Shown here: piece by piece, positions 27,210-37,253 of the stretch
Position numbering within the stretch: position 1 is the stretch's first letter
How the letters are laid out: the number at the start of each line of letters is the position of its first letter
NCBI GenBank assembly: GCA_016187225.1
Contig: JACPKC010000002.1
Location: forward strand, 3,387 to 67,386
DNA from: Candidatus Berkelbacteria bacterium
GTDB lineage: Bacteria > Patescibacteriota > UBA1384 > JACPKC01
Length of the DNA stretch: 64,000 bases
Direction: 5' to 3'
Position numbers and translations under genes: made by a program
Notes under the pieces: generated by a model
What the model was told of the DNA's origin: nothing
Databases searched by the model: none
The model's input: only the letters and a program-made list of their open reading frames with translations

Positions 27210-27520
27210 ATGAACGTTATCGCATGTTCCAAAGACCCTGGAGGGTTCAATAATCTCCTCCCCGTGTTGACCCGCACTCTTCCCGGAGACCGGTTTTCTC
27301 CAGTTCCAGTTGGAGAACGGCAATCTGGCGGAGCATCCGCTCGTGGCGAGCGGATGTGTTATGAAAGCAACGAATCTCGCCGAGTTGATCAATCAAGTGG
27401 TCATGGCGCTTGATGGGGATCTCGGTTCGAGAATTCTTGCTTCCCAGGAGGGCTACTACCGACTTGATGGCATGAACGCGGAGCGGTTTTGCCATCTGCT
27501 CCGGGATTTGGGGCACTGCA
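27210..27520 (+). pseudogene. Internally deleted GT-B-like gene remnant
   Basis: GGAGG RBS and N-terminus MNVIACSKDPGGFNNLLPV, joined out of frame to a C-terminal-like segment HPLVASG...YRLDGMNAERF. Confidence 0.45.
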
Positions 27521-27706
27521 GCTTACAGCGTAGCGACCCCTTTCTCGTGAGGTCAGGTCTGTTCGATTGCCAAACTTACAGTTCGGTAGGTTTATAACCT
27601 ACCACATCGCGGGCCTTCGGGCCCGCTTCTACGTTTAGCCCACCTTGCATCAGTCATGACATGTGCTAGCATCAGGAAAATATCCAAGCAACAAAGGAGG
27701 GATTGC

Positions 27707-28291
27707 GTGTCATCTCCAAAGGTCAAACGTCCAAAAATCGTTGCTGTTATTCCGGCGCGGATTGGTTCGAAACGACTTCCTAAGAAGAATATCCAAGTGA
27801 TTGGTGGTCTTCCGTTGGTTGCGTGGGCCATCAAAACCGCCCAGGCAACCAAGCTTATCGACGACGTCTACGTTTCAACAGAGAGTGATGAGGTGGCCAC
27901 AATCGCTCGCCAATACGGCGCCAAGGTACTTGATCGGCCCGAGGAGCTGGCCGGTGATACGATCCGTATGCAGGACGTTGCACGCCAGGTTATGACCGAG
28001 CTCGCGGATATTGATGTCCTTGTCTTAGTTGGCGCGAATACGCCTGGCTTGCCACCTGAAACGCTCGACGCCGCAATCCAAAAGCTCCTCGACCACAGCC
28101 GCTGGGAAATTCGAAGTGTTGACAAAGACGGCCTTGAGCATTTCATGTTTTGGATTATGACTCGGCAAGCCTGTTTTTGGGATGGTCTCTCCGTCTATTT
28201 TGGTGTTCAAGAAACAGGTGTCGAGGAGATTCATACACCTGAAGACCTGGAACGTGTCCGCGCGATCCTTGAACAGAAAATTATTGCATGA
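27707..28291 (+). CDS. neuA: CMP-nonulosonate synthetase (acylneuraminate cytidylyltransferase)
   Basis: IPARIGSKRLPKKNI, VYVSTE, RPEELA and EIHTPEDL motifs; GTG start after AAAGGAGG. Confidence 0.85.
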   Translation: MSSPKVKRPKIVAVIPARIGSKRLPKKNIQVIGGLPLVAWAIKTAQATKLIDDVYVSTESDEVATIARQYGAKVLDRPEELAGDTIRMQDVARQVMTELADIDVLVLVGANTPGLPPETLDAAIQKLLDHSRWEIRSVDKDGLEHFMFWIMTRQACFWDGLSVYFGVQETGVEEIHTPEDLERVRAILEQKIIA

Positions 28292-28947
28292 GACTAAGTG
28301 TCATTGTGACCAATTATAATCTTGGCAGACAGCTTGGCCGATGTTTGCGGAGCTGTTTGGCGCAAGCTTTCCCCCGAGATGAATATGAAGTCATTGTGGT
28401 CGATGATTGCTCGACCGACTTCTCGCACAATATTCTCGAGGCCTTTGGGAATGAGATTAAGGTTATCAAGCTTGGTAAGAATGTGGGTGTTGCGGCAGCT
28501 TCAAACATCGGGATTCAGCGCTCGCTTGGTATGTATGTGATTCGAGTTGACGCCGACGACTATATTAACCAAAACTTATTTCTGTTTATGAGCGAGATTC
28601 TGACATATAACAAAGATATTGGCTTTGTTTACTGTGATCTGATGAAAGTAGCTGAAAACGAACAGCAACTTGGCAAAGTCGACCGAAGTGTCTTGGAAAA
28701 TTTGTATCACCATGGCGCTGGAGTAATGTTTCGTAAATCTCATCTCGAAGAAGTTGGCCTTTACGATGAAAAATTTCGCAATGCCGAAGATTACGACCTC
28801 TTAAAGCGCCTCATGAAGAGCTACACAGGTTTTCACCTACCCTTGCCGTACTATCGGTACGTAAGGCACGCCAACAATATGACCAACGATCAAGTCGGTC
28901 GGCTTGAATGGAACAAATTAGTGGAGGAGAAACATGCGACGCATTAA
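28288..28947 (+). CDS. Glycosyltransferase family 2
   Basis: VVDDCSTD, RVDADD and AEDYD motifs. Confidence 0.9.
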   Translation: MRLSVIVTNYNLGRQLGRCLRSCLAQAFPRDEYEVIVVDDCSTDFSHNILEAFGNEIKVIKLGKNVGVAAASNIGIQRSLGMYVIRVDADDYINQNLFLFMSEILTYNKDIGFVYCDLMKVAENEQQLGKVDRSVLENLYHHGAGVMFRKSHLEEVGLYDEKFRNAEDYDLLKRLMKSYTGFHLPLPYYRYVRHANNMTNDQVGRLEWNKLVEEKHATH

Positions 28948-30052
28948 GGTTGGGAAGCACTATATTTCAGACGCCGATTCGGTGTTTATTTTGCCCGAGG
29001 CGGGCGTGAATCATAATGGGTCACTCAAGCGAGCGAAGGATCTCATTCAAAAGGCGGCCGAGGCTGGCGCCCAGGGCATTAAGTTCCAAACTTATAAGGC
29101 GGAGACGCTTGTTACCAAGAGTGCTCCCCGCTTCTGGGACTGGGAAGGTGAACAAAAGAAGGAGGGGACGCAGTTTGATTCCTACAGCATTCTCGACAAA
29201 CTGCCGTGGCACGCCTACAAGGATCTCTCGTCGTACGCAAACGAGCTTGGCATCGAGTTTATTTCGACGCCGTTCGATGAGAAAGCGGTCGATATGCTCG
29301 ACGCGCTTGGCTCCCCGGCGTTCAAGATCGCTTCGTCTGATCTCACCTACTTACCGTTTTTGCGCTACGTCGCCAAAAAAGGCAAACCGATTTTTCTCTC
29401 AACTGGCGCGGCCACGCTCGGCGAGGTTGAGGAAGCGATCCGAACGATTGAAGCGGCTGGCAATCGCCAGATCGTGGTGATGCACTGTACACTTTGCTAT
29501 CCGACCGAACCGAAGGATGCGAACTTGAGGATTATTCAAACACTTCGTCGCACGTTTGGCTACCCAGTTGGCCTCTCGGACCACACTATGGGTACGGCAA
29601 TTCCGCCCGCCGCCGTTGCCCTTGGAGCCAGGTTGATCGAGAAACACTACACAGTTGATAAAACCCTCGGTCTCTCCGCCGATCACTGGCTCTCGATCGA
29701 CCCGATCGAACTCAAGCAGATTGTCGAGCATGTCAAACAAGTTCAAATCGCTCTTGGCACCGATGAAAAGCGAGTTTTCCCTGCCGAAGAGCATACTTAC
29801 CTATACGATAAGCGGAGCTTGGTGAGCACGCAGGCGATCAAAAAAGGTGAGGAAATTACGACTTCGATGCTGACTGGCAAGCGCCCGGGCACTGGCATCC
29901 CAACCAAGTTTTTTGATCTCATCGTTGGTAGCGCGGCGCAACTGGATATTCCCGAAGACACCACGTTGACTTGGGATATGGTAACCCAGCGCACTCCACT
30001 TGAGTTTGAAACGCTTCGTTCGCCAGCGGCTCGCATTCCTGAAATCGTTTAA
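28934..30052 (+). CDS. neuB: Nonulosonic acid (N-acetylneuraminate-family) synthase with SAF domain
   Basis: EAGVNHNG, KFQTY, STPFD, KIASSD, HC..YP, GLSDHT, IEKHYT and KRPGTGI motifs. Confidence 0.93.
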   Translation: MRRIKVGKHYISDADSVFILPEAGVNHNGSLKRAKDLIQKAAEAGAQGIKFQTYKAETLVTKSAPRFWDWEGEQKKEGTQFDSYSILDKLPWHAYKDLSSYANELGIEFISTPFDEKAVDMLDALGSPAFKIASSDLTYLPFLRYVAKKGKPIFLSTGAATLGEVEEAIRTIEAAGNRQIVVMHCTLCYPTEPKDANLRIIQTLRRTFGYPVGLSDHTMGTAIPPAAVALGARLIEKHYTVDKTLGLSADHWLSIDPIELKQIVEHVKQVQIALGTDEKRVFPAEEHTYLYDKRSLVSTQAIKKGEEITTSMLTGKRPGTGIPTKFFDLIVGSAAQLDIPEDTTLTWDMVTQRTPLEFETLRSPAARIPEIV

Positions 30053-30068
30053 CGCTAGGCGAGAATCT

Positions 30069-31061
30069 ATGGCTCGAACGCAACGCGTCCGGTGTAATCT
30101 GTGTGGCGCCGCTGTTGCTCGCTTGTGGTATCAAGCGGGTGAGTTTACATATGTAACTTGCCAAGTATGTAATTTGCACTACCTCAATCCTCAACCAACG
30201 CTCGAGATACTTGTTAATGAATACTACACGGACGACGCCTACTTTTCGTGGTATTACGATGGCGGCTACACTGCTCAAGAAGAAGCTATGCTTGCAAGTT
30301 ATCGGCAGACTGTGCGCGAGATTGTTTATGAGGCTGGAATCCAAAAGGGTCAACTCCTAGATATTGGCTGTGGCAGTGGCTATCTCATGGTCGTTGCCCG
30401 TGAGCTGGGGTTTGAGGTGGAGGGCATCGAGCCCGGCAAATCGGTGGCCGAGCATGGTCACAAGAAGTTTGGTCTCAAAATCCACATTGCTCCGCTTGAA
30501 GAAGTGAAATTAGCGCCCGAGAGCTACGATTTGGTGGTGATCGAAAGCACGCTTGAACACATGCTCGACCCTTTCGATACCTTGAAGCGAATTGCCCGCA
30601 TACTTCGTCCTGGTGGCGTGGTGTTTATAAAAGTGCCGAACGCAAATGTTACGCTTACTAGCCGAGCAGTTCGAGCTTCAGAGATTGAGGAAAATACGCC
30701 GTTCCACACTTACTACTTCACGCCCCAAACGCTTTCAATGTTGACTCGCAAAGTTGGTCTGTGGCCAATCTCGCTTAACACCGCTCTTCATTTTTCAGTC
30801 CCGTTCCGCCTAAGACAATGGTGGGAAGAGCAACGTGAACGTCGAATGAAGCGCGGTTATGTTGTTTCCCATTTGGAACGAAAATTAAATCCAAAGAGAT
30901 TTGCGTCTTCTCCAGCAACCCTGCTCGATCGTTTTGTCGGCGCCATGATCGATATTGGAGCAGTGCGACTTGGGACTCCGCTCTGGCGGGCAATTGATAG
31001 AATACCCCTAGCGCAAAAGGGTCATACAATTAGCTTATGGGCCCGCAAGGAAGTTTTATGA
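30069..31061 (+). CDS. Class I SAM methyltransferase with N-terminal zinc ribbon
   Basis: CNLC...CQVC..YLNP, LLDIGCGSG, LEH and VPN motifs. Confidence 0.9.
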   Translation: MARTQRVRCNLCGAAVARLWYQAGEFTYVTCQVCNLHYLNPQPTLEILVNEYYTDDAYFSWYYDGGYTAQEEAMLASYRQTVREIVYEAGIQKGQLLDIGCGSGYLMVVARELGFEVEGIEPGKSVAEHGHKKFGLKIHIAPLEEVKLAPESYDLVVIESTLEHMLDPFDTLKRIARILRPGGVVFIKVPNANVTLTSRAVRASEIEENTPFHTYYFTPQTLSMLTRKVGLWPISLNTALHFSVPFRLRQWWEEQRERRMKRGYVVSHLERKLNPKRFASSPATLLDRFVGAMIDIGAVRLGTPLWRAIDRIPLAQKGHTISLWARKEVL

Positions 31062-31774
31062 GCGCCTTTGATCAGGCCATTCGTTACGTTAAATACCTTA
31101 CTGGTTCTCTCTCGGGTCAACGCTTGTTTGGCCAGGAATATATTGATTATCGAATAAATCACGACTTAAAGCGCGCTGACCAGCAGAAGGTCTGGGAAGA
31201 ATGGGGCAAGGCTAATTATTACCAGCAAAGGGCGGCCGACCCGCCGAGCGATCAGACGATCTTCAATGTGATTAAACGCGCTCGAGCCAAGCGTGTGCTG
31301 GAGGCCGGCGTTGGTTATGGCCGAAATTTGAAACATATTCATGCGACCATTAGCCCGGATATTCAACTCGCTGGCGTTGATTTTGCCGAAAGTATGCTCA
31401 AGCATGCCCGTCAATTTCTAGGTGATATTCCGACCGAATTGGTGCGAGGTGACATTACTGACCGACTCCCCTTCTCCGATCAAGTTTTTGACGTGGTTTT
31501 TACTTCGGGCACACTTCAGCACATTGGTCCAGATTCAATCGATCAGGTTTATCAGGAGTTATGCCGCCTAACTAAAAATTATTTGGTCCTAGTTGAAGCC
31601 GATCAGCCGGGTTATGGAAATGGAAAGCTGATTGCCGAACACTGGTTTAAGGATCATATCTATAGTTACCACCACGATGAGAATTTGAGAGCGTTAGGCT
31701 GGGTGATTGAATCGAATGCAAGGCCAAAAGGGAATCCAAATGCCCGGGTTGTAGTTGCGAAACGGTTCTTATGA
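31058..31774 (+). CDS. Class I SAM methyltransferase
   Basis: VLEAGVGYGRNL and FDVVFTSGTLQHI motifs; ATGA overlap with the upstream gene. Confidence 0.88.
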   Translation: MSAFDQAIRYVKYLTGSLSGQRLFGQEYIDYRINHDLKRADQQKVWEEWGKANYYQQRAADPPSDQTIFNVIKRARAKRVLEAGVGYGRNLKHIHATISPDIQLAGVDFAESMLKHARQFLGDIPTELVRGDITDRLPFSDQVFDVVFTSGTLQHIGPDSIDQVYQELCRLTKNYLVLVEADQPGYGNGKLIAEHWFKDHIYSYHHDENLRALGWVIESNARPKGNPNARVVVAKRFL

Positions 31775-33291
31775 TTGTGGTCCTGAACCCGACTGGATCG
31801 AACTCCCGGATTGAGTTTGGATCCTCTGATCCTCGAATGTACCGCACGTTGCCCGGGAACTTTTTGGCGCTCCATGAGCTCCTGATCGCCCGAACAATTC
31901 CGCATACTGTTCTTCCTTCCCGAATTCTTACCGATGTATCGCCCGACAAATTTCCAGGCGCTTGGCTCGTTGTGCCGATTGGAAAGTACTCGTTTCATGA
32001 GAGGCGGGCGCTCCACGGCCTCTTGAATCGTCTTTCAGGTGTAATTATGGTTGATCCTCGTCTGCAAAAAGAATTTCCTCCGGGGCCGCGCATCCTTCAT
32101 CTCAAAGAAGATCTTGGGCAGTCACTTTTTCGTCGCTATGCAGTCAAGACACAGAAACCAAAACGATTTTCTCGCAAAACAGTGCATTTTGGCTACACGT
32201 TCGATCCTGATGAGCATGGTCATGCCGCACCTGATCAGGAACCGGAGCAATTTCGGTTACTGGCGGAATTTTTTGCCTCGACCGGCTATCCATTAGTTGT
32301 GGCCGGTGTCTCGCCCGCTGTAAAATCTTGGTCAATTGGCCACGACACCGAGGATCAGAAATGCTTGCGTTCGGGTAAAAAGATTGTCGAGTTCAACCAG
32401 TCTTATGGCGTCCGGTCTACTTTTTATCTTCGCCAGTTCATGGGCTTGGGTGATTTTACCGATCACCATTTTTATAAAATTCAAAAACCGTACACGCCAC
32501 AAGAAGCGTTTCGTGCCCTTAGTCGTCAGGGCACGGAGTTTGGTTATCACGGTGAAAGCGCCACTTGGATTGCTCTTCGTGCTGGCGGATTGCCGGCCGT
32601 TGAGAGTCACGGTATCGCCTTGTCCTATCTCCGGCGTGAGTTGTCTGAAGAGCAGATTCAAGTTGGTTCAACACACATGGGTAACCACGGCGAGGTTTAT
32701 CCGCAAGACTTTCGCGCGTTGGCACAAAACCGAATTACTCTCTGGCGGAACTCATTCCGTTTCAATGGTCTGACACCGATGCGACCTTATTTACTCTACG
32801 ATCGTGAGGGGAATACTCTATCTGGAATCTGGGGGCAGATGGATGATGTGATCGACGATTTAGCCAATCTCACTCTGGAGAGGCCGAACCATCTTGGCCA
32901 CCCGCCGCAACTCAACCAAAAAAGGTTGGAACGAGCGATCGAGACTCTTAAATCAGCTCCCGACGGCCACCTCTTCTTTCATTCTCACCCGCATAATTTT
33001 GACGACGTTGCAGGCACGCCCAAGAATTATGCGGCAGTTTACCAAGCGCTGAAGCAGGCCGAGTTTAGTAATATTACCAGTAACGAACTTGTTGGGTATT
33101 GGCAAAAACGGAGCCAGGTTGTGTTGCAACCTGTGGCGATGGGGTCTGGGGCGCGAGTAAGAGTGCGAAACAGTTTTTCTGGGCTTGTCTTGGCGTGCTA
33201 CGCTCAAGCGGCGCTCGAGGACGAGACCGGTACGGCGCTTCGCACTCGCATCCTCTACCGTACTCATCCTACGATCGTTCAAGTAATATGA
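31771..33291 (+). CDS. Polysaccharide deacetylase-like (NodB/GH57-type barrel) protein
   Basis: GHDTED, GVRSTFY, EFGYHG and HSHP motifs. Confidence 0.55.
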   Translation: MIVVLNPTGSNSRIEFGSSDPRMYRTLPGNFLALHELLIARTIPHTVLPSRILTDVSPDKFPGAWLVVPIGKYSFHERRALHGLLNRLSGVIMVDPRLQKEFPPGPRILHLKEDLGQSLFRRYAVKTQKPKRFSRKTVHFGYTFDPDEHGHAAPDQEPEQFRLLAEFFASTGYPLVVAGVSPAVKSWSIGHDTEDQKCLRSGKKIVEFNQSYGVRSTFYLRQFMGLGDFTDHHFYKIQKPYTPQEAFRALSRQGTEFGYHGESATWIALRAGGLPAVESHGIALSYLRRELSEEQIQVGSTHMGNHGEVYPQDFRALAQNRITLWRNSFRFNGLTPMRPYLLYDREGNTLSGIWGQMDDVIDDLANLTLERPNHLGHPPQLNQKRLERAIETLKSAPDGHLFFHSHPHNFDDVAGTPKNYAAVYQALKQAEFSNITSNELVGYWQKRSQVVLQPVAMGSGARVRVRNSFSGLVLACYAQAALEDETGTALRTRILYRTHPTIVQVI

Positions 33292-34793
33292 CACTCGCGC
33301 AAAAATTTCTCACAAGTGTTTCCTGGAATTTTGTCGGTAAAATCGCGGGTCTGATTTTAGGCACGCTAAGTTCCATTGTAGTCGCCCGTCTCTTGGGCCC
33401 AGTGGCTTATGGTGAGTTAACCGTTCTCTTGGCTGTGATCGGTACTATCCCCGTCTTTCTTTATTTCGGTTTCGAAGAGTTGCTCACGATTGTGGTGCCA
33501 ACGCTCGTGGCCAAACGTGAAAAAATGGCCATCCGTCAGCTAATTTGGTCGGCGTTGATTGGTCGAGTCGGGATCATTCTGCTCCTCGCGGTCGTTGTTC
33601 TCATTTTCGACAATCAACTCATGACCTTGTTTGGTCACCCCGAATTTACTCAGTACACGCCGTATATTATATTGTCGCTCATCGTGAGCGCGATCACTTC
33701 TCTTCTGATGGGTGTGGCGCGGTCTTTTTTTGCCTATCGGACGATTACGATTACTGAAACACTGGCGCAAGTTAGTCAACTGATTTTAGTTATCGTGTTG
33801 CTCCCAGCCGGTTACGGAGTGGTTGGGGTTCTGATCGCCATGCTGATCGGCCAGGCCGGGGCGGCCATTATCCTCGGTGTGAACACTAATGTTTTTCGTT
33901 CCGGTCTGGTTCGGCGGCCATCATTTCCTAGGAAGCATGTTCGGCTCGCGCTCGCGCTTTGGCTCGTTGGACTGATTGGCTACGTGCTTGGCAAGCAACT
34001 TGATGTAATTATGTTAGGCGCCTTGCGCGTGCCACTTGAAGAGATCGGTTTTTACGGTCTGGCGTTTGGATTCGCCGAGATGCTTTACGTGTTTTCGCTT
34101 GGGTTTGGAGCGATCGCCCAAAGCGCTTTCTCGGATATTTTTGGTCGATCTGGCGCGCCTGGACTTCACGTCGTCTGGCCAGTCGTGGCCAAAGTTGAGC
34201 AACTTCTGATTGTGCCGATTTATATCTTCGCAGTCATTTGGGCGCCAGTAATTTTAGAAGGACTTTACGGCCAGGCTTTCTTGGCGGCCGTGCCAATTTT
34301 CCGACTATTGGCGACACTGCGAATCGTTTATGTGGCCACCAGCGCAAGCTATGCCTCGCCCGTTTTTTACTTATTCGGGCGCAAGAAATTGGCTGTTTCA
34401 CTGCGTTTCTTGGCAGGTGCGGGAAACTTTGTTGGTAACTTAATTCTTATTCCTTTTCTTGGAGTCTTTGGCGCGGTTTGGGCAACAGGTTTATCAACGG
34501 CAGTGATTGGAGTGGTCGAGGTCGCGGTCGTCTATCGTCTTCTGCGCGCTCTGCCACCGATTGGATTCTTTCTGAAATTAGTTTTGATGTTCGGTCTGTC
34601 CGGCGCCTTAACGCTTCTCTTGCCTCTCACGGGCATTTCCGCTCTTCTTATTGCCCTGTTGATATATATCGCCTTGGCCATCTGGCTTGCCACTTGGTTG
34701 AAGTTATTCACTCAAGAAGAAGCGGCGATGGTTGAAGCGGCCTCGGCCGAATTTGGGCGGCTCGTCCGAGGCTTTACACATGCAGGTAAATAG
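33288..34793 (+). CDS. wzx: Wzx/MOP-family oligosaccharide flippase
   Basis: About 13 TM segments; ARLLGPVAYG and LIPFLGVFGAVWAT motifs. Confidence 0.9.
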   Translation: MTLAQKFLTSVSWNFVGKIAGLILGTLSSIVVARLLGPVAYGELTVLLAVIGTIPVFLYFGFEELLTIVVPTLVAKREKMAIRQLIWSALIGRVGIILLLAVVVLIFDNQLMTLFGHPEFTQYTPYIILSLIVSAITSLLMGVARSFFAYRTITITETLAQVSQLILVIVLLPAGYGVVGVLIAMLIGQAGAAIILGVNTNVFRSGLVRRPSFPRKHVRLALALWLVGLIGYVLGKQLDVIMLGALRVPLEEIGFYGLAFGFAEMLYVFSLGFGAIAQSAFSDIFGRSGAPGLHVVWPVVAKVEQLLIVPIYIFAVIWAPVILEGLYGQAFLAAVPIFRLLATLRIVYVATSASYASPVFYLFGRKKLAVSLRFLAGAGNFVGNLILIPFLGVFGAVWATGLSTAVIGVVEVAVVYRLLRALPPIGFFLKLVLMFGLSGALTLLLPLTGISALLIALLIYIALAIWLATWLKLFTQEEAAMVEAASAEFGRLVRGFTHAGK

Positions 34794-34842
34794 TGAAGGG
34801 TAAAGAGAGAGTTGTTAGTCACGGAAACAAAAGGAGTTAATA

Positions 34843-35802
34843 ATGCCATCAGTTGCATTAATTATTCTCAATTGGAATGGGTATCACGATACGGCGCCAT
34901 GCTTTGAGTCGCTCCGCAAAAGCCGAGGCGTCAATTTTGAGATTTATCTTGTTGATAATGGTTCAGCCAACAAAGAAGCGGCGCGGCTTGAAAAGGAATT
35001 CTGCGATCTGCCCTTGCGCGTGATTGCACTGCCGGAAAATCTTGGCTTTGCCGCCGGTAATAATCGTGGCCTTGAAATTGCGCTTAAAGCGAAGGCGAAG
35101 TACTTTTTACTTCTTAACAACGATACGATTATCCCTACGGATTTCCTCAAAAAAATGGTGACTGCGATGGAAGCCGACCCAACCCTTGGCGTTTTGGGCG
35201 CGGTCAACCTTTACGAAGCTGATCGAAAGCGGATTTGGTATACCGGCGGGTATCTTAATCGGTCGACGGCGGATTTTACCGACCCTCGGCACAACACTAC
35301 TTATATACCCAGTGATCGAATTGAGCCAACAGACGACGTGGCGGGTTCGTCTCTCATGATTACCCGCACGGCCCTGGAACAAGTTGGCCTCCTTGACGAA
35401 CGATTTTTTAATAACTTTGAGGAGAGCGATCTTTGTTTGCGAGTTCGGGATGCGGGTTACCGAATTGCCTGCCATATGGGCGCTTTTATCTACCATAAAG
35501 TTTCGGCCGCGACCGGTAGCACAGGGCCCGCGAAAATCGATATCAATGAGTATTTCTTTCATCGCAACAAAGTGCTTTTTTTGCGTAAGCATTGGTCGTT
35601 TTTTGCCGGCGCGCCAGTTTTGGCTTGGCATTCGATCATGAGTTTGCGTCGGTATCGCTACGCTCGTTCTCGTGGCAACCGAGCCGCCCCGCTTATTCTT
35701 TGGGGTTTGCGGGATGGTTTTAAGCAGAACTACTGGAAGGGTAGCCTCCCTGCGATTATCGAATGGCGCAAATCTTTTCCTCAACAACCGGTGAAGGCAT
35801 AA
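34843..35802 (+). CDS. Glycosyltransferase family 2 (WbbL-like)
   Basis: ILNWNG, VDNGS, NLGFAAGNN, LLNND and EESDLC motifs. Confidence 0.92.
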   Translation: MPSVALIILNWNGYHDTAPCFESLRKSRGVNFEIYLVDNGSANKEAARLEKEFCDLPLRVIALPENLGFAAGNNRGLEIALKAKAKYFLLLNNDTIIPTDFLKKMVTAMEADPTLGVLGAVNLYEADRKRIWYTGGYLNRSTADFTDPRHNTTYIPSDRIEPTDDVAGSSLMITRTALEQVGLLDERFFNNFEESDLCLRVRDAGYRIACHMGAFIYHKVSAATGSTGPAKIDINEYFFHRNKVLFLRKHWSFFAGAPVLAWHSIMSLRRYRYARSRGNRAAPLILWGLRDGFKQNYWKGSLPAIIEWRKSFPQQPVKA

Positions 35803-35830
35803 AAAAACCACCCAGTTTAGCCTGGGTGGT
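35801..35830 (-). terminator. Intrinsic terminator of the NUDIX-like gene
   Basis: ACCACCCAG/CTGGGTGGT stem with an A run on the + strand (U tract on the - strand). Confidence 0.7.
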
Positions 35831-35836
35831 CACTGG

Positions 35837-36553
35837 TCAGGCCAGTATCAATTTCCCCTTCCCCCCACTCGCAAGCCAGCCGAGGAAGCGACAGGTCGCA
35901 AGGCAGGAGCGACCATCCTTGAGCAGGAGCGCCTCCTGCCAAGGAATAAACCGACTGCCGAGAATCTTCTCGGCCATCCCCTTGCTGGCCGCTCGATACA
36001 AACCAGAGCGGAGCCGGAGTCGACCCTCTCGCTCTTCGAGCTCCTGCTCGAGCATCTCGAGGGCGAAGTAGTGGGTGCCCTCATCGTCCCCGCCCGCTTC
36101 CAGGATGGTCGGTTGCGGGTTGCCTGGCCCGCCCGGCAGTTTTTTGATCCGCTCCTCGAGACGAGGGAGATCAGCCAACTCTTCGGCGACCTCTTCGGTC
36201 GCCGCTTCGAAGTGAGTCTTGCCGGGATCTAAGAACCCTTGCGGGTATTCCCCGATCGCCTTTCCCAGCGTTGCCCTGGGCTGGTCGACAACGCCAAGAT
36301 AGAGTTGATCGCTATACCAGGCGTACGGGACAGTGACCGCCCCGCCTCCGCCCGGTTCGCGCCAGCGGAGCGTGTCGTAACCACCTGGGTCCCAGCCATA
36401 GGTAACCTGGATTTTCATCCTGTCGTTTATTAGGCGTGCCGAACGCACTGGGTTGGCGTACGACTCATCATTGATTTCGAGGCGCCAACCGCGTTTTCCC
36501 TGCATCTCTAACGGAATTTCCGCCAGAGTCTGACTGATCAATGCTTCTTGCAT
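35837..36553 (-). CDS. NUDIX-fold hydrolase-like protein (degenerate Nudix box)
   Basis: EPGGGGAVTVP, Q.R and EYPQGFLDPGKTHFEAATEEVAEE. Confidence 0.7.
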   Translation of the reverse strand: MQEALISQTLAEIPLEMQGKRGWRLEINDESYANPVRSARLINDRMKIQVTYGWDPGGYDTLRWREPGGGGAVTVPYAWYSDQLYLGVVDQPRATLGKAIGEYPQGFLDPGKTHFEAATEEVAEELADLPRLEERIKKLPGGPGNPQPTILEAGGDDEGTHYFALEMLEQELEEREGRLRLRSGLYRAASKGMAEKILGSRFIPWQEALLLKDGRSCLATCRFLGWLASGGKGKLILA

Positions 36554-36734
36554 GACGCATCGATCCCCCTTCTTGTATTTATTCAGGCTATAAAGCCTAA
36601 CCTGATTCTAGGGGGGGGTGACTATTTGTCAACGACAAAAATGACTTTATCAAGGTAATCCACTTTTTCGGCTTGCCAAGTTGGTTAGCATAAGCTAACG
36701 TCCAGAACAAAGCTTAAAGATCAAAAGGAGGCGT

Positions 36735-37238
36735 ATGAGCTCGACGGCAACAGCTGAAAAAGTCAGTCTGATAACTCACCAATCAGGGGCAATTGATGAT
36801 GTTAAGGTCGTTGACCTGACGATGCATCTTGATGACCGTGGTTATTTGTACGAGATTATCCATCGCACCGATCCGTACATTGCGAAGTTCGGCCAGGTAT
36901 ATCTAGTTGGTAATATGACTCGCGGCACGATCCGTGCCTTTCATAAGCATGAAAAACTGTGGGACTACTTTTGTATCGTCCATGGTTCAGCCAAGTTCGC
37001 GTTGGTCGACGATCGCCCGGATTCATCGACCTATGGCAATATCCGAACGATTGTTTTGAACTCAAAAAAGCCCCAGATGATCGTTGTGCCCCCCGGCGTG
37101 CATCACGGTTGGATGGGGCTTGAAGACGACACGATTTTGGTTTCAGTTGGAAGCGAAGTCTATAATAAAGATAATCCAGACGAAGAACGAGTCCCGTTCG
37201 ACTCGTTTGGTTATGATTGGTCGGTAAAGTTTAAGTAA
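36735..37238 (+). CDS. dTDP-4-dehydrorhamnose 3,5-epimerase family (RmlC-like cupin)
   Basis: DDRGYL.E, RAFHKH and VPPGVHHG motifs. Confidence 0.88.
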   Translation: MSSTATAEKVSLITHQSGAIDDVKVVDLTMHLDDRGYLYEIIHRTDPYIAKFGQVYLVGNMTRGTIRAFHKHEKLWDYFCIVHGSAKFALVDDRPDSSTYGNIRTIVLNSKKPQMIVVPPGVHHGWMGLEDDTILVSVGSEVYNKDNPDEERVPFDSFGYDWSVKFK

Positions 37239-37253
37239 TACCGAGGAGGGAAC

